Origin: Malacoraja senta
Taxonomy: Eukaryota
NCBI GenBank assembly: GCA_038087875.1
Contig: CM075987.1
Span: forward strand, 26,538,001 to 26,602,000
Reading direction: 5' to 3'
Length of the DNA stretch: 64,000 nt
The notes beneath the pieces were generated by a model. It made no database searches, was not told where the DNA came from, and saw only the letters and a list, made by a program, of their open reading frames with translations. A program made the position numbers and the translations under genes. How positions within the stretch are numbered: the first letter of the stretch is position 1; each line of letters opens with the position of its first letter. Below, piece by piece: positions 1-13,134 of the stretch.

Positions 1-485
1 CAGTCTAACTGTTTCTTAAACGTTGGGATAGTCCCAGCCTCAACTGCCTCTTCTGGCAGCTCGTTCCATACACCCACCACACTGTGTGTGAAAATGTTAC
101 CCCTCAGATTCCTATGAAATCTTTTCCCCTTCTTAGGGTCTCCACCCAAAACGTCACCCATTCCTTCTCTCCAGAGATGCTGCCTGTCCTGCTGAGTTAC
201 TCCAGCGTTTTGTATCTATCTTCAATTACAAGAGTTGACTGTCCACAAAAAAAAACAAAGCACAATTACTGGCATCCTGCACAGGAATTATCCATCTGTC
301 TAAAAACCAAGAGGCCATTGTACGTTGGGCCGAAGGGCCTGTTTCCACGCTGTATGACTCGATGACTACAACTCGTCAAGAAGCAAGATTGCATGCAACT
401 AAAGCCTTTGGTTTACAATGGCTCACTGCAACTTGCACCTTCGTTGCTTAATATAGAGAGCTAATGTTACTTGTGAAAAATATAC

Positions 486-750
486 ATCCTCTAGATGCGC
501 TGGGACGCATCCTCGGTGATGCGATCGAGTCTCACAACATCAGACACCCTCGCCCAGGCGACCCAGCCGGGGTTGATCAGGCCCCGACTTGTGTCCCAGC
601 AGCAACCGCCCACGGATCAGCCATCTTAATAACTACTCTGCAGGGGTTGGGAGATTCTAGTGCGTGGAGGCACTGGGCTCTGTGGGGTGAGTCCTGGCCG
701 GGCTCCTCCTGCGTCTCACCATGAAGAAATCATGCGTTTTGCCCGGCATG
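486..750 (-). mobile_element. Internally deleted HERO-like (RLE non-LTR) retrotransposon remnant
   Basis: The minus strand ends IKMADPWAVAAGTQVGA* (stop at 577-579), followed by TCAACCCCGGCTGGGTCGCCTGGGCGAGGGTGTCTGATG. The upstream piece reads GETQEEPGQDSPHRAQCLHA. Assignment is from memory of fish HERO elements. Confidence 0.5.
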
Positions 751-1009
751 AATATTACATCTCTGTCGATCATCTTGTCACCACAAGGTGCCCCAGAGGT
801 TCCTGACACCCCAAAGTATTGCCAAAGTAGTCTGAACTCTGAAACCTTTACTTCATATCGTGCTGCTGCTAGGATACCCAGCCACTTCAAAAAATGTGGT
901 GATAATCAGTCTTAATCATACATTTGAATTTGTGTCGAGAGACAGCTAGCTTATCCTGACTAAGGCCAACTTGGCATCAATTTCAGAGTTCCAGGATCAT
1001 TAACAGTAA

Positions 1010-1385
1010 AGGGCCTGTCCCACCAGCATGCGACCTGCATGTGGCGAACGCGACCAAACCGGAAGCGGGGGCCGCGCGGAGGTCGAGTGAGTGACGTGAA
1101 GTTCGAGCGAAGTCCGCGGGAAGTTCGCGCGTGACGTACGGCGTCGAGACGCAGCGCACGGCCGTCGAGGCGGTGCGTACGGCGTCGAGGCGGCTGCGGG
1201 CCGGCAGGCCGTTGCCGCGCGGAATTTTTGAACAGTGTCAGTTTTTCGGTGTCGGAACCAGCTCCGCACAACTCCATACGGCTCCAGCGATCGAAGTGGG
1301 ACCGGCTCCGCGAGGCCGTACGGCCCAAGCAACCACGGTAGGTCGCACTTGCCGCATGCAGTTGCATGCTCGTGGGACAGGCCCT
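1010..1385. mobile_element. PIF/Harbinger-type MITE, subfamily A
   Basis: TIR AGGGCCTGTCCCAC..GTGGGACAGGCCCT with extended imperfect arms, TAA on both sides, CpG-rich body. Confidence 0.85.
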
Positions 1386-1404
1386 TAACTGGCAGGAGAG
1401 AATC

Positions 1405-1772
1405 AATTTAGTTTAGTTTAGAGATACAGCGCAGGCCCTTCGGCCCACCGAGACGGCGCCGACCAGCGATCCCCGCACGCTAACACTATCCTACACACAT
1501 TAGGGACCGTTTTACATTTACACCAAGCCAATTAACCTACAAACCTGTACGTCTTTGTAGTGTGGGAGGAAAGCGAAGATCTCGGAGAAAACCCACGCGG
1601 GTCACGGGCAGAACGTGCAAACTCCGTACAGACAGCAAAGACGTACAGGTTTGTAGGTTAAATGTAAATTGTCCCTAGTGGGTGTAGGATAGCGTTAATG
1701 TGCGGGGATCGCTGGTCGGCACGGACCCGGTGGGCCAGTTTTTGCGCTGTATCTTTAAACTAAACTAAACTG
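1405..1772. mobile_element. HE1 V-SINE, inverted pair (minus then plus)
   Basis: Two partial copies fused at about 1636, with (CTAAA)n tails pointing outward. Confidence 0.8.
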
Positions 1773-2147
1773 AACCTGGAATATGAGCTCAGTATCTCCT
1801 CCCACAGATGCTGCCTGATCTGCTGAGTATTTACAGCATTCCCTGTTTTAATGTGGAGAGCTTCACTGATCTGGTGGACAGAATGTTCTAGCATCAGAGC
1901 ATGTATTAGTATTGGACAGGATCATAGCGAAGATCCACCAGAATAATAATGTGCTTTAAATTGAGGATAAGTTGCATAAACATCTTTTGTATTCCCTTCA
2001 GTCCAGACGGTGGGAGTATCATGATTGACTTTTTTAAATGTGATGTGTATTTTATGGGAAGCTTTCTTTTGATTGCATAATCAGTAAATAAAAAGGCATG
2101 TGATGCTTAATTTTGGTTCTAAATCATTCAGCGATTAATTCTGCAAA

Positions 2148-2445
2148 CATGGTGGCGCAGTAGAGTTGCTGCCTCACAGCGCCAGAGACCCGGGTTCCAT
2201 CCTGACTACGGGTGCTGTCTGTACGGAGTTTGTACGTTCTCCCTGTGACCTGCGTGGGTTTTCTCCAGGTGCTCCGGTTTCCTCCCACACTCCAAAGACG
2301 GACAGGTTTGATGGAAAACTGGCTTGGTATCAATGTAAAATTGGCCCTAGTGTGTGTGGGATAATGTTAATGTTCGGGGATCGCCGGTCGGCACGGACTC
2401 GGTGGGCCGAAGGGCCTGTTTCCGCGCTGTATCTCTAAACTAAAG
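2148..2445 (+). mobile_element. HE1-type tRNA-derived V-SINE
   Basis: tRNA head (TGGCGCAG..GGTTCCATCC), V-domain (GTTCTCCC.GTGACCTGCGTGGGTTTTCTCC..TTTCCTCCCACACTCCAAAGAC), CR1-like tail GGGCCGAAGGGCCTGTTTCC and (CTAAA)n. Confidence 0.85.
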
Positions 2446-2784
2446 AATAAAACTAAATGTCATTGTCAGGAGACTGCTTCTCTCAATTAACCACGGAAAT
2501 GTTTGTATTTAGGTCCAAAGGAAGTTCTCTCAATGCTAGATGTCTCTCAGGATTGTGAAATAACTTTGGTCTAATCTCAAATCTAATTATTTAAAATGTT
2601 AATCACATATTGAATTCAGAGAATTCCTACTGAACAGAGAGATGCAGGAGTCAGTGATGTGTCTCACAGCTCCAATGACTCAGGTTCGATCCTGACCATG
2701 GGAACTATCCTTGTTAAGTTCGTATCTTCTTCCCGTCATTGCGCAAGTATTGTTTTCCTCTCTAGATTCTCCAACTTGCACGGA

Positions 2785-3098
2785 GGCGCAGCGGTAGAGT
2801 TGCTGCCTAACAGCACTTGCCGCGCCGGAGACCCGGGTTCGACCCCGACCACGGGGTGCCGTCTGTACGGAGTTTGTACGTTCTCCCTGTGACCTGCGTG
2901 GGTTTTCTCTGAGATCTGCGGTTTCTTCCCACACTCCAAAGACGTACAGGTTTGTAGATTAATTGGCTTGGTGTAAATGTGTAAACTGTCCCTAGTGTGT
3001 GTAGGATAGTGTGAGTGTGCGGGGATCGCCGGTCGGCACAGACTCGGTGGGCCGAAGGGCCTGTTACCGTGCTGCATCTCCAAACCAAACTAAACTAG
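2785..3098 (+). mobile_element. HE1-type V-SINE
   Basis: Head, V-domain and tail as in the copy at 2148. Confidence 0.85.
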
Positions 3099-3253
3099 AC
3101 TTGACAGGTGGGAGAGGTCAGTTGATGGGCGGTGGGAAATGGGGAGGGAGGGGGAGGAGTACGAGTCAGCAGGGAGGGGAACATATAATTAAGAACTGGT
3201 TTCACAGCAGAAAAGCAAGTAGAACTAATATGGATTCTAGGTTCAAGCCCTCG

Positions 3254-3998
3254 GCCTGGATAGAGTGGATGTGCAGAGGATGTTTCCACTAGTGGGAGAA
3301 TCTAGGACCAGAGGCCACAGCCTCAGAATTAAAGGACGTACCTTTAGAAAGGAGATGAGAAGGAATTTCTTTAGTCAGAGGGTGGTGAACCTGTGGAATT
3401 CATTGCCACAGAAGGATGTGGAGGCCAAGTCAATGGATATTTTTTAAGGCAGAGATAGACAGATTCTTGATTAATACAGGTGTCAGGGGTGATGGGGAGA
3501 AGGCAGGAGAATGGAGCTGAGAGGGGGATCGGCCATGAATGAATGGCGGAGTAGACTTGACGGGCCGAATGGCCTAATTCTGCTCCTGGAACTTATGAAC
3601 TAATCGATGAAAATGAAGGTCACAAAATATACAAAAATATTCCATTCTCATTCAATTTTCAGAACCCATTTTTGGCGGGGGGGGGGGGGTGAAGGGGTGG
3701 GGGGGGGGCACAATGTACAATCATGATGCAAAATGCCTATGACTGAGGTAAGAGGGGAAAGATTGAATAAGAACCTGAGGGGTAACATTTTGCACACACG
3801 GTGGTTTGGTGTATAGATCGAGCTGCCAGACAAGATAGTTGAGGCAAGTACTAGATCAACATTTAAAAGATATTTGGACAGGTACATGGATAGGAAAGGT
3901 TGGGCCAAACGCAGGCAGGTGGGACTAGTAGATGTTGCATCTTGGTTGGCAGGGGAAAGTTGGGCCGAAGGGCCTGTTTCAATGCTGTAACGACTCTG
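3254..3998 (+). mobile_element. Two CR1 (HER1-like) LINE 3' fragments
   Basis: ESRTRGHSLRIKG..FFSQRVVNLWNSLP motif and GGGCCGAATGGCCT 3' stem-loop. Confidence 0.85.
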
Positions 3999-5459
3999 AG
4001 AGGACAAGTTTCTCCAACTCCACTGAAAATGTTGTCTGTTTGCTGAATTCTGAATATGACGCTGGAGCTTAGTTTAGTTTTAGAGATTCAGAGTGGAAAC
4101 AGGCCCTTCGGCCCACCGAGCCCCTACCGACCAGCGATCACCCCCATACACCAGCACTATCCTACACACAGCAGGGACAATTTACAATTCTTACCGACGT
4201 TAACTAACCTACAAACCTGTACGTGTACAGGGTGTGGGAGGTAACCAGAGATCCTGGAGAAAACCCACACAGGTCACGGGGAGGACGTACAAACTCCGTA
4301 CAGACAGCACCCGTACAACTGTACAACTCTGCCGGGCCATAAAGTGCTAACTTAGATAGATCTGCATTGATGTGACTTTTAAAGGACAAGGGGGTCACAG
4401 GCATTTTTACCAGCTTTGCAGAAGAGCAGGGCACTCAATCCATATAAACCGTGAGCCCTGGTGATACTTAAATCATTAGAGGTAGCTGCTGAACTTGTGC
4501 TTTTTTAAAACCACTTCATTATGTCAAGGCAGTGACTGTAGGCTCATGAAACCCAGGGCTATTTTAGGACTGGCATTATTCCACAGTAACAGCCTGGTTC
4601 TGATGGCATTGCCCTACAAAGTGGCTTGTCATCTCATATCCAGGGGAGTAAAGCACCGAGGCAAAAAATTATTTTAGAACAAAAAAGACATTTGCGGTCA
4701 AACACGTCTCTTGTTGAAACCATCTCAGAAGCCAACAAATGATTGCAATGCCTGAATCTTTAATGTACACTGTAGAAGGCAGGACAGAGTGGTGAATCTG
4801 TGGAATTCTCTGCCACAGAAGGCGATGGAGGGCATTTCACAGGATGTATTCAGATATCGCTTTAGTTTAGTTTAGTAACAGGCCCTTCGGCCCACCGAGT
4901 CCGCGCCGACCAGCCATCCCCGCACGCTAACACGATCCCTACACACACACACGAGGGAAAATTTAGACTTATACCAAGCCAATTAACCTACAAACCTGTA
5001 CGTCTTTGGAATCTAGCTCCTCGGGCTAACGGAATCAAGGGATATGGGGAGAGAGCAGGAACGGGGTACTGATTTTGGATGATCAGCCATGATCATATCG
5101 AATGGCGGTGCTGGCTCAAAGGGCCGAATGGCCTACTCCTGCGCCTATTTTCCAGGCTTATACGTTTCTGTGCTTCCAAATAATGTGGCAAAAAAGGGCA
5201 GAAATGCAGCTGATTAACAAATTATAATAACTAGAAAGACAGGATTTTTTGTCGATGTAACGGAAAGGAGTCAAGGAAATTATGTTTGGAAGATAGACAT
5301 AAATCTGCAGGCATTTAGGCCATTGTTTATATATATATATATATTTTTAAGCAAAATAAATTGACCACTCACCCATTTAATTACACAGAACATCACTGCG
5401 TACTTCTATCGAAGATTAAACTGGAAAATGCTGAGAGAAGAACTCTTGAATATTCCCGT

Positions 5460-5690
5460 GTAGGAAGGAACTGCAGGTGCTGGTTTAAACTGAAGACAGA
5501 CACAAAATGCTGGAGTGACTCAGCGGGACAGGTACCATCTCTGGGGAGAGGAAATAGGTGACGTTTCAGGTCGAGACACTTCTTCTGACAAAAAGGGACT
5601 CGATCTGAAACGTCACCTATTCCTTTTCTCCAGCGATGCTGCCTGACCCGTCATCTTCCTTGTAAACCAGCATCTGCAGTTCTTCCTACA
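5460..5690. mobile_element. Penelope inverted pseudo-LTR pair
   Basis: GAAGGAACTGCAG..GACACAAAATGCTGGAG followed by its reverse complement. Confidence 0.7.
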
Positions 5691-6492
5691 CAAGTCACTT
5701 TTGGAGATTAGAGGAATCGAACCTCCAAGCCTTTTTAGCCCACTCCTGCCATCGGGAAGAAGGTACAGGAGCCTGAAAACTGTAACGTCCAGGTTCAGGA
5801 ACAGCTTCTTCCTGACAGCCAACAGGCTATTAAACACGGCAACCTCCAAATAGGCACTGAACTATATTGACTTCGAGGTGGTATTTTTGCACTATTATTG
5901 TCTATTTATTTGTTTCTTTGTTTTTATATATGTGTTCTAGGAGCAGAATTAGGCCATTCGGCCATCAAGTCTACTCCGCCATTCAATCATGGCTGATCTA
6001 TCTCTCCCTTCTAACCCCATTCTCCTGCCTTCTCCCCATAACCCCTGACACCCGCACTAATCAAGAATCTATCCATCTCTGCCTTAAAAATATCCACTTG
6101 CGTGGCCTCCACAGCCATCTGTGGCAATGAATTCCACAGACTCACCACCCTCTGACTAAAGAAATTCCTCCAAAATATATATTACTGAACTTTAGTTGTT
6201 GTTTATGATGGTTTTCCGGAATACTACGTTTGCCCGCCTGTTGCTACTGCTGTAAGTAGGAATTTCATTGCTCCGTTTTGGGACATATGACAATATAACG
6301 CTCGTGACTCTTCTTTTTCCAAGTGGAGGCACCAAGACCTCATAAGCCTCATAATCAGATATGCTTTCATGCTTCCCTGAAATTACACAGGACTTACTGT
6401 GTGTGATAGCTCCCACCTTAATATCCCACCCGGATCTGAGAAGGCTGTGGATTTCATGTCATTTACCAGAAAAATACAGGGTGACATTCACG

Positions 6493-6795
6493 GGTGGCAC
6501 GGTGGCGCAGCGGGTAGAGTTGCTGCCTCACAGCGCCACAGACAAGGGTTCCATCCTGTCTAACGGGTGCTGTCTGTGCGGAGTTTGTACGTTCTCCCCG
6601 TGACCTGCGTGGGTTTCCTCCAGGTGCTCCGGTTTCCTCCCACACTCCAAAGACATACAGGTTTGTAGCCGAATTGGCTTGGAATAATTTGTAAATTGTC
6701 CCTAGTGTATAGCAGTAATAAATAGCAGTAATAAATGTTGGTCGGCCCAGACTCCGGGATGAAGGGCCTGTTTCCACGTTGTATCTCCAAACTAA
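6493..6795 (+). mobile_element. HE1-type V-SINE
   Basis: Head, V-domain and tail present. Another diverged copy lies at about 7006-7245. Confidence 0.8.
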
Positions 6796-7456
6796 CATCA
6801 AATTACAGTCCCCAGGGAGCACTACACTGTTATGTGTCACCTTTCAGTTGAGACATGAAATAAAGACCCAGCCTGTTTTACATGCCATTACACTCTTTTG
6901 ATAAAGAACAATGGAGATTCTGGCCAAGTTTCATCACTCAACCAACAACACTGAAAACAATGTCGATTCTGGCAAAACACAAATTAAGCGTTATAACCAT
7001 GTCCAGGGTGGCACGGTGGCACAGCTGGTAGTGCCGCTACCTCACAGCACCACAGACCCGGGTTCGATCCTGAGCTCGGGTGCTGGCTGTGTGGAGTTTG
7101 CACGTTCTCCCCGTGACCGCGCGGGTTTCCTCCAGGTGCTCTGGTTTCCTCCCACACCCCAAAGACGTGCAGGTTTGCAGGGTAATTGTCTTCTGCAGGT
7201 TTCCTCCTCGTGTGTAGGGAGCGGATGAGAACAATGGGATAACACAGTATAGTTTCTCCTGTTTCCTCTTCGGTGCCTGAGGAACGAGAACTAGCTAATG
7301 CTGCTTGGCCAGCACTTTGATTGGAGGCTCTGCAAGTGATGACGTTGGCCCATCACCATTGCAGCTCCCACAACTTGCTGTCTGCACAACACATTTATAC
7401 AAAAGACTTGCATTTCCTTCAATGTGACATATAGAAGGATTTCTTGGGTCTCAAAT

Positions 7457-9320
7457 TCCAGGAATGAGTGGGTGAGCATACGATGAGCGCTAGACAGCAC
7501 TGGGGCCTCTACTCGCTGGAGTTTAGAAGGTTGAGGGGGGACCTCATTGAAATGTACAGAATAATGAAAGGCATAGATAGAGTGGATGTGGAGAGGATGT
7601 TTCCACTGGTGGGAGAGTCTAGGACCAGAGGTCACAGCCTCAGAATTAAAGGGCGCTGTTTTAGAAAGGAGGCGAGGAGGAACCTCTTTAGTCAGAGGGT
7701 AGTTAATCTGTGGAACTCATTGCCACAGAGGGCTGTGGAGGCCAAGTCAGTGGATATTTTTAAGGCAGAGATGGACACATTCTTGATTAGAACGGGTGTC
7801 AAGGGTTATGGAGGAAGGCAGGAAATGGGATTAGGAGGCAGAGATCAGCCATGATTGAATGGCGGTGTAGACTCGATGGGCCGAATGGCCTAATTCTATT
7901 CCTACAACTTGTGAACATTTCCAAACTTCCTTCGTTCTTGGCTCTTCCCATTGTTATTTTCCCTCATTCTGCTTCCAGACACTTACAATTTCATACCTTC
8001 CGCGAGCTGACACACCGTAACTTGTAATTACAAGGCACTTTCAACGCAGCAGGAAAGCCCAAGGCATTACTCGAGAGTAACCAAAAACATGGCACTGAGC
8101 CACAACAGGAGTTATGAGAAAAGCTACCCAAAGGCTTTGTTACAAATTGTCTGGTTCAATGAAGATCTTGAAGGAAGGGAGGTGCGAAGGTGGTAAAGTT
8201 TGTCGGGGGCATTCGAGAGGCATTGGAACATGTTCCCGATGTTGGGGGAGTCCAGCACCTGGGGCCGCTGTTTAAGAATAAGGAGTAAGCCATTTAGAAT
8301 GGAGATGAGGAAACACTTTTTCACACAGAGAGTTGTGAGTCTGTGGAATTCTCTGCCTCAGAGGGCGGTTCTCTGGATACTAAATAGGGCTCTTAAAGAT
8401 AGCGGAGTCAGAGGATATGGGGAGAAGGCAGGAACGGGGTACTGATTGGGGAGGATCAGCCATCATCACATTGGTATACTGTACCTGCCTTCTCTCCATA
8501 TCCCCCGATCCCTTTAGCCACAAGGGCCACATCTCTGGAACTCTCTGCCACAGAAGGTAGTTGAGGCCAGTTCATTGGCTATATTTAAGAGGAAGTTAGA
8601 TGTGGCCCTTGTGGCTAAAGGGATCGGGGGATATGGAGAGAAGGCAGGTACAGGATACTGAGTTTGATGATCAGCCATGATCATATTGAATGGCGGTGCA
8701 GGCTCTAAGGGCCGAATGGCCTACTCCTGCACCTATTTTCTATGTTTTCTATTGAATGGCAGTGCTGGCCCGAAGGGCCGAATGGCCTACTCCTGCACCT
8801 TTTGTCTTTGACAACATGGTCGTCAGTAGTTGAGCAATGGGACTTGGGACCACTCAACACACCAGTCATACATAGAAACATAGAAAATAGGTGCAGGAGT
8901 AGGCCATTCGGCCCTTCGAGCCAGCACCGCCATTCAACATGATCATGTCTGATACAGCGTGGAAACAGTCCCATCGGCCCAACTTGCCCACATTGACTAA
9001 CGTCCCATCTACACTTGTCCCACCTGCCTGCATTTGGCCCACATCCCTCCACACCTGTCCTATCCATGTACCTGTCCCAACGTCCCAACGCCTCAACTAC
9101 CTCTCCGGCAGCTCGTCCCATGCACCCGCCACCCTTTGTGTGAAAAAACTACCCCACAGATTCCTATTTCATCTTTCCCCCCCTCATCTTAAACCAATGT
9201 CCTCTGGTTCTCAATTCCCCCACTCTGGGCAAGAGACTCTGAGCGTTTACCCGATCTATTCCTTTCACGATTTTGTACATCTCTATAGGATCACCCCTCA
9301 TCCTCCTGCTCTCCAAGGAA
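7457..9320. mobile_element. Cluster of CR1 3' fragments in both orientations
   Basis: LGLYSLEFRRLRGDLIE..TRGHSLRI..RVVNLWNSLP at 7457-7917, with further pieces at 8223-8800 and 8871-9320. Confidence 0.85.
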
Positions 9321-9339
9321 TAACTTAGTTTAGAGACAG

Positions 9340-9890
9340 TCAAAAAGACCCAACAGAGGATGTACTTCCTGCGGCAGCTGAGAAAACACAATCTGCCACA
9401 GGCAATGATGGTCCAATTCTACACGGCCATCATAGAATCTGAGCTCACCTTCTCCATCGTGGTCTGGTTTGGCTCAGCCACCAAGCACGACACCCGGAGG
9501 CTGCAGCGAATCGTTCGATCCGCCGAGAAGGTTATTGGCTGCAACCTTCCCCCTATCAACGAACTGTACCCCTCGCAAGGGCCGAAGCGAGCGGGTAAGA
9601 TCATCTCTGACCCCTCTCACCCTGGCCACAAACTCTTCGAATCACTTCCCTCTGGAAGGCAACTCCGGACTGTCAAAGCTGCCACAGCCAGACATAAAAA
9701 CAGTTTTTATCCACGAGTTGTAGCTCTACTCAACAGCCAAAAATCAGTTGCCTCCTTGTGCTCTTGTATTTTAGTTCATTCTTCACATGTTTAAATTATA
9801 ATGTTTTATTTTTAATTGTCTACTGTATATCGTGTTGTTACTTGTGAGCAAAGCGCCAAGGCAAATTCCTTGTATGTGAACATTCTTGGC
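9340..9890 (+). mobile_element. Rex1/Babar LINE 3' fragment
   Basis: QQRMYFLRQLRK..FYTAIIESELT..VWFGS..RLQRIVRSAEKVIG..SHPGHKLFESLPSGR..KNSFYP. Confidence 0.85.
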
Positions 9891-10182
9891 TTTGTTTAGA
9901 GATACAGCGCGGAAACATGTCCTTCAGTACGCGCCGACCAGCGATCCCCGCACACTAACACAACCCTACACGCACTGGGGACAATTTACATTTATACCAA
10001 GCCAATTAACCTACAAACCTGCATGTCTTTGAAGTGTGGGGAACAAAAAGGTTTTCGGAGAAAACGCACGCAGGTCACGGGGAGAACGTGCAAACAATGT
10101 ACAGACAAGCACCCATGGACAGGATCGAACCCGGGCCTCTGGTGCTGTAAGGCAGCAACTCTACCGCTGCGCCACCATGCCA
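9891..10182 (-). mobile_element. HE1-type V-SINE
   Basis: Reverse complement of the consensus. Confidence 0.8.
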
Positions 10183-10574
10183 ACACCTGCTCTAACATAT
10201 GACAGAGGTAGCATTGAACTGGAACCAAAGGAAATGTGGTTTCTCCATTCAGTTCTAGTATCTAATCAAATGGTCACTGTTATCGCAAGCGATGTAGAAG
10301 ACTGAGTCTGCATTATTGGTAGTGTATCCACCGTGTCCAACATTCATTCCCTCCTCCATCAGAACAGAGCAGTAACAATGTTTACCATCTGCAGTGAGCA
10401 TCTAGGCCAGTCCAACAGCATATCTCAAAACCATAACTGCTTCTACCATCAAGGTCAAGGTCAGCAGACACATCGGAACACCACAAACCACAGGTTCGTC
10501 TGCAAGTCACGCTCCAAAAATGTGCAATCGTCAAGTCAAGCTTTATTCGTCACTTGCACATAAATTGCAGTCTT

Positions 10575-10850
10575 CATCATCATCATCATCATCGTTGAAA
10601 ACATCAGCGGGCACGGTGCCTTACAATGCCGTGTACGACAGTGATCGCAACTTCTACTGAAGTGTGGATGGCCGTTGGCTTGCTAGGAGCTCATCTGCCC
10701 TTTGACAGGTCTTGTTTTTGGTCCACAGCCCCCTCCTCACCTGGCAAACCAGGTGGGGGAGACGGTTTAGTCGCCAACTATCCGACCATGGAGCAGGTAG
10801 CACGGGAGTACATGGTACCCGTGGCGGAGGGAACTTACCCCGACCTGACC
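10575..10850 (-). mobile_element. Non-autonomous retroposon with (ATG)n tail (RTE-like), copy 1
   Basis: (CAT)n at the left end; the body is shared with 62387-62800. Confidence 0.5.
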
Positions 10851-11921
10851 TCAGACAAATGTACAATCTTGTAGGTTAATTGGCTTGATATAAATGGAAA
10901 AATGTTAATTAGTCCCAAGTGTGTGTAGGATAGTGTGAATGTGTGGGGATCGCTGGTCGGTGCAGACTCGGTGGGCCGAAGGGCCTGTTTCCGCGCTGTA
11001 TCTCTGAAATAAACTAAGTTCAACCATATAAAGTTGGAACCATTTCTCCATTCCCCGTCATCGTTCAGTCAATGAGTCATGAAACGTGGAAACAGGACCT
11101 TTGGCCCAACTTGCCCACACCGGCCAACATGTCTCAGGAACAGTCTGAAGAAGGGTCTCGACCTGAAGGGCGAAGTTTCGGGTCGAGACCCAAGATCACG
11201 TTCAGGTTACATTTACTGTCTCATTCACCAATTGGTGCAGTGAAATTTGAGTTACCATACAGCACACAAATAAAATAAACACAACACAATAGAATTTAAC
11301 ATAAAACATTCTTCCCTTCTTCAGTCTGCTATGCAATACTCTAAATGTGGTCTCACCAACTTTTTATACAACTGCAACATGACCTCCCAAACTTCTGCCA
11401 TATTCCAACCTGTGTTTGAATCAGTCACCTCCAGATAACACAAGGGGATATTACGTCAAAGGTACTTAGAATATAAACATAGGCATCAAGAGATATATTT
11501 GCCATTTCTCTTGTGGCAATATTGGAAGTATCGCCAATACTTTAACAGCAATAAAATAGCCTTCAATTCTTATTTTTTATTGAATCAACCTGACCAGATC
11601 AGGTTATTTCCAAATAATTTAGCATCCGATTTCAGAGATTACACTTTGATCCATAATCAAAGTGAAACCGTGTAATATCAGCAGTGAATATATCTTCATG
11701 CATCTATATGAAAATATTTGTCAGCATTGGAAGTTTTAACACAATTAAAATCCATGTAAAAGGAACGGAAAACCTTATTCGATAAAAGATGGCACACCAT
11801 CTTGCTGTTGTTCAACTGCACGATTCCAACAACTCAATACTGTAGAGGTCCACGCATTATGTAAACGCTCTGTTTCATTATTAATTGATGCAGTTTCGTC
11901 ACTCACGCGTGCATCCAGTTA

Positions 11922-12780
11922 ATCTATATAGCTATAAAAGTCTCATCTTGTATGCATGTATGTATGTCTAGTATCGAACTAAAACCCTGCCGTTGTTCGT
12001 GAGCATACACCAGTTAACCTCCAGCTCGCTAATCCTTTGTTCTCTAATCTCACAACGGCCCCCCCCCCCCCCACTCACCACGTGACTGTTCGGCCCAGGT
12101 CACGCCCAATCCAATCAAGAGTTCGAGCCCGACCAATGAAAGTTAGATATCAAAATGGCTCAGCCCACCACATAGAAACATAGAAAATAGGTGCAGGAGT
12201 AGGCCATTCGGCCCTTCGAGCCTGCACCGCCATTCAATATGATCATGGCTGATCATCCAACTCAGTATCCTGTACCTGCCTTCTCTCCATACCCCCTGAT
12301 CCCTTTAGCCACAAGGGCCACATCTAACTCCCTCTTAAATATAGCCAATGAACTGGCCTCAACTACCCTCTGTGGCAGAGAATTCCACAGATTCACCACT
12401 CTCTGTGTGAAAAATGTTTTTCTCATCTCGGTCCTAAAAGACTTCCCCCTTATCCTTAAACTGTGATCATTGTCCTGGACTTCCGCAACATCGGGAACAA
12501 TCTTCCTGCATCTAGCCTGTCCAACCCCTTAAGAATTTTGTAAGTTTCTATAAGATCCCCCCTCAATCAAAAGTTAACCTCCAGCTCGCAAATCCTTTGT
12601 TCTCTAATCTCACAACGGCCCGCCCCCCCTCACCACGTGACTGTTCGGCCCAGATCACGCCCAGTCCAATCAAGAGTTCGAGCCCGACCAATGAAGGTTC
12701 GATATCAAAATGGCTCAACCCACCACATGACCCCCCCCCCCCCCCCCCCTCCCAGAACCGGAGTAAAGGAGGCGATTAGG
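11922..12780 (+). mobile_element. Possible Helitron-like element 5' portion
   Basis: A|TCTATATAGCTATAAAAG start followed by (TATG)n. No 3' hairpin or CTAG end was identified. Confidence 0.35.
12171..12568 (-). mobile_element. CR1 3' fragment with (CATAGAAA)n tail
   Basis: Reverse complement of the CR1 consensus seen at 47905-48328. Confidence 0.9.
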
Positions 12781-13134
12781 TTTACGAGTGAGACGGCCTG
12801 ACGTCGGAGTTTCGATCATCCCAAAGAGAGGGCCTGTACTTCGGGCCGTCTGTAGCGGCAACTACGGAGGGTTCATGGTCCCCGACCACGGTGAACAAAA
12901 GAGGAAGATTGTCTGAATGTTATCGCCTTCCTTCACAATGAAGAATGTTGATTCCACTGTGGTGGAACCTTCTGAATTTGTAGTCGGCAGGGCAGTACTC
13001 TGCATATTGCAAACTCGATGTTTATGTTAAATTCTATTGTGTATTGTGCTCTTTTTGATTGTGTGACTGCATGGTAACTCATTTCGCTGAACCTTAATTG
13101 GGTGCGTGTGACAAATGAACTTGAACCTTGAACC

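Noticed and set aside
2148..2215. tRNA-like A/B boxes as tRNA genes
   Set aside because: These are SINE heads followed by the V-domain, with no complete cloverleaf.
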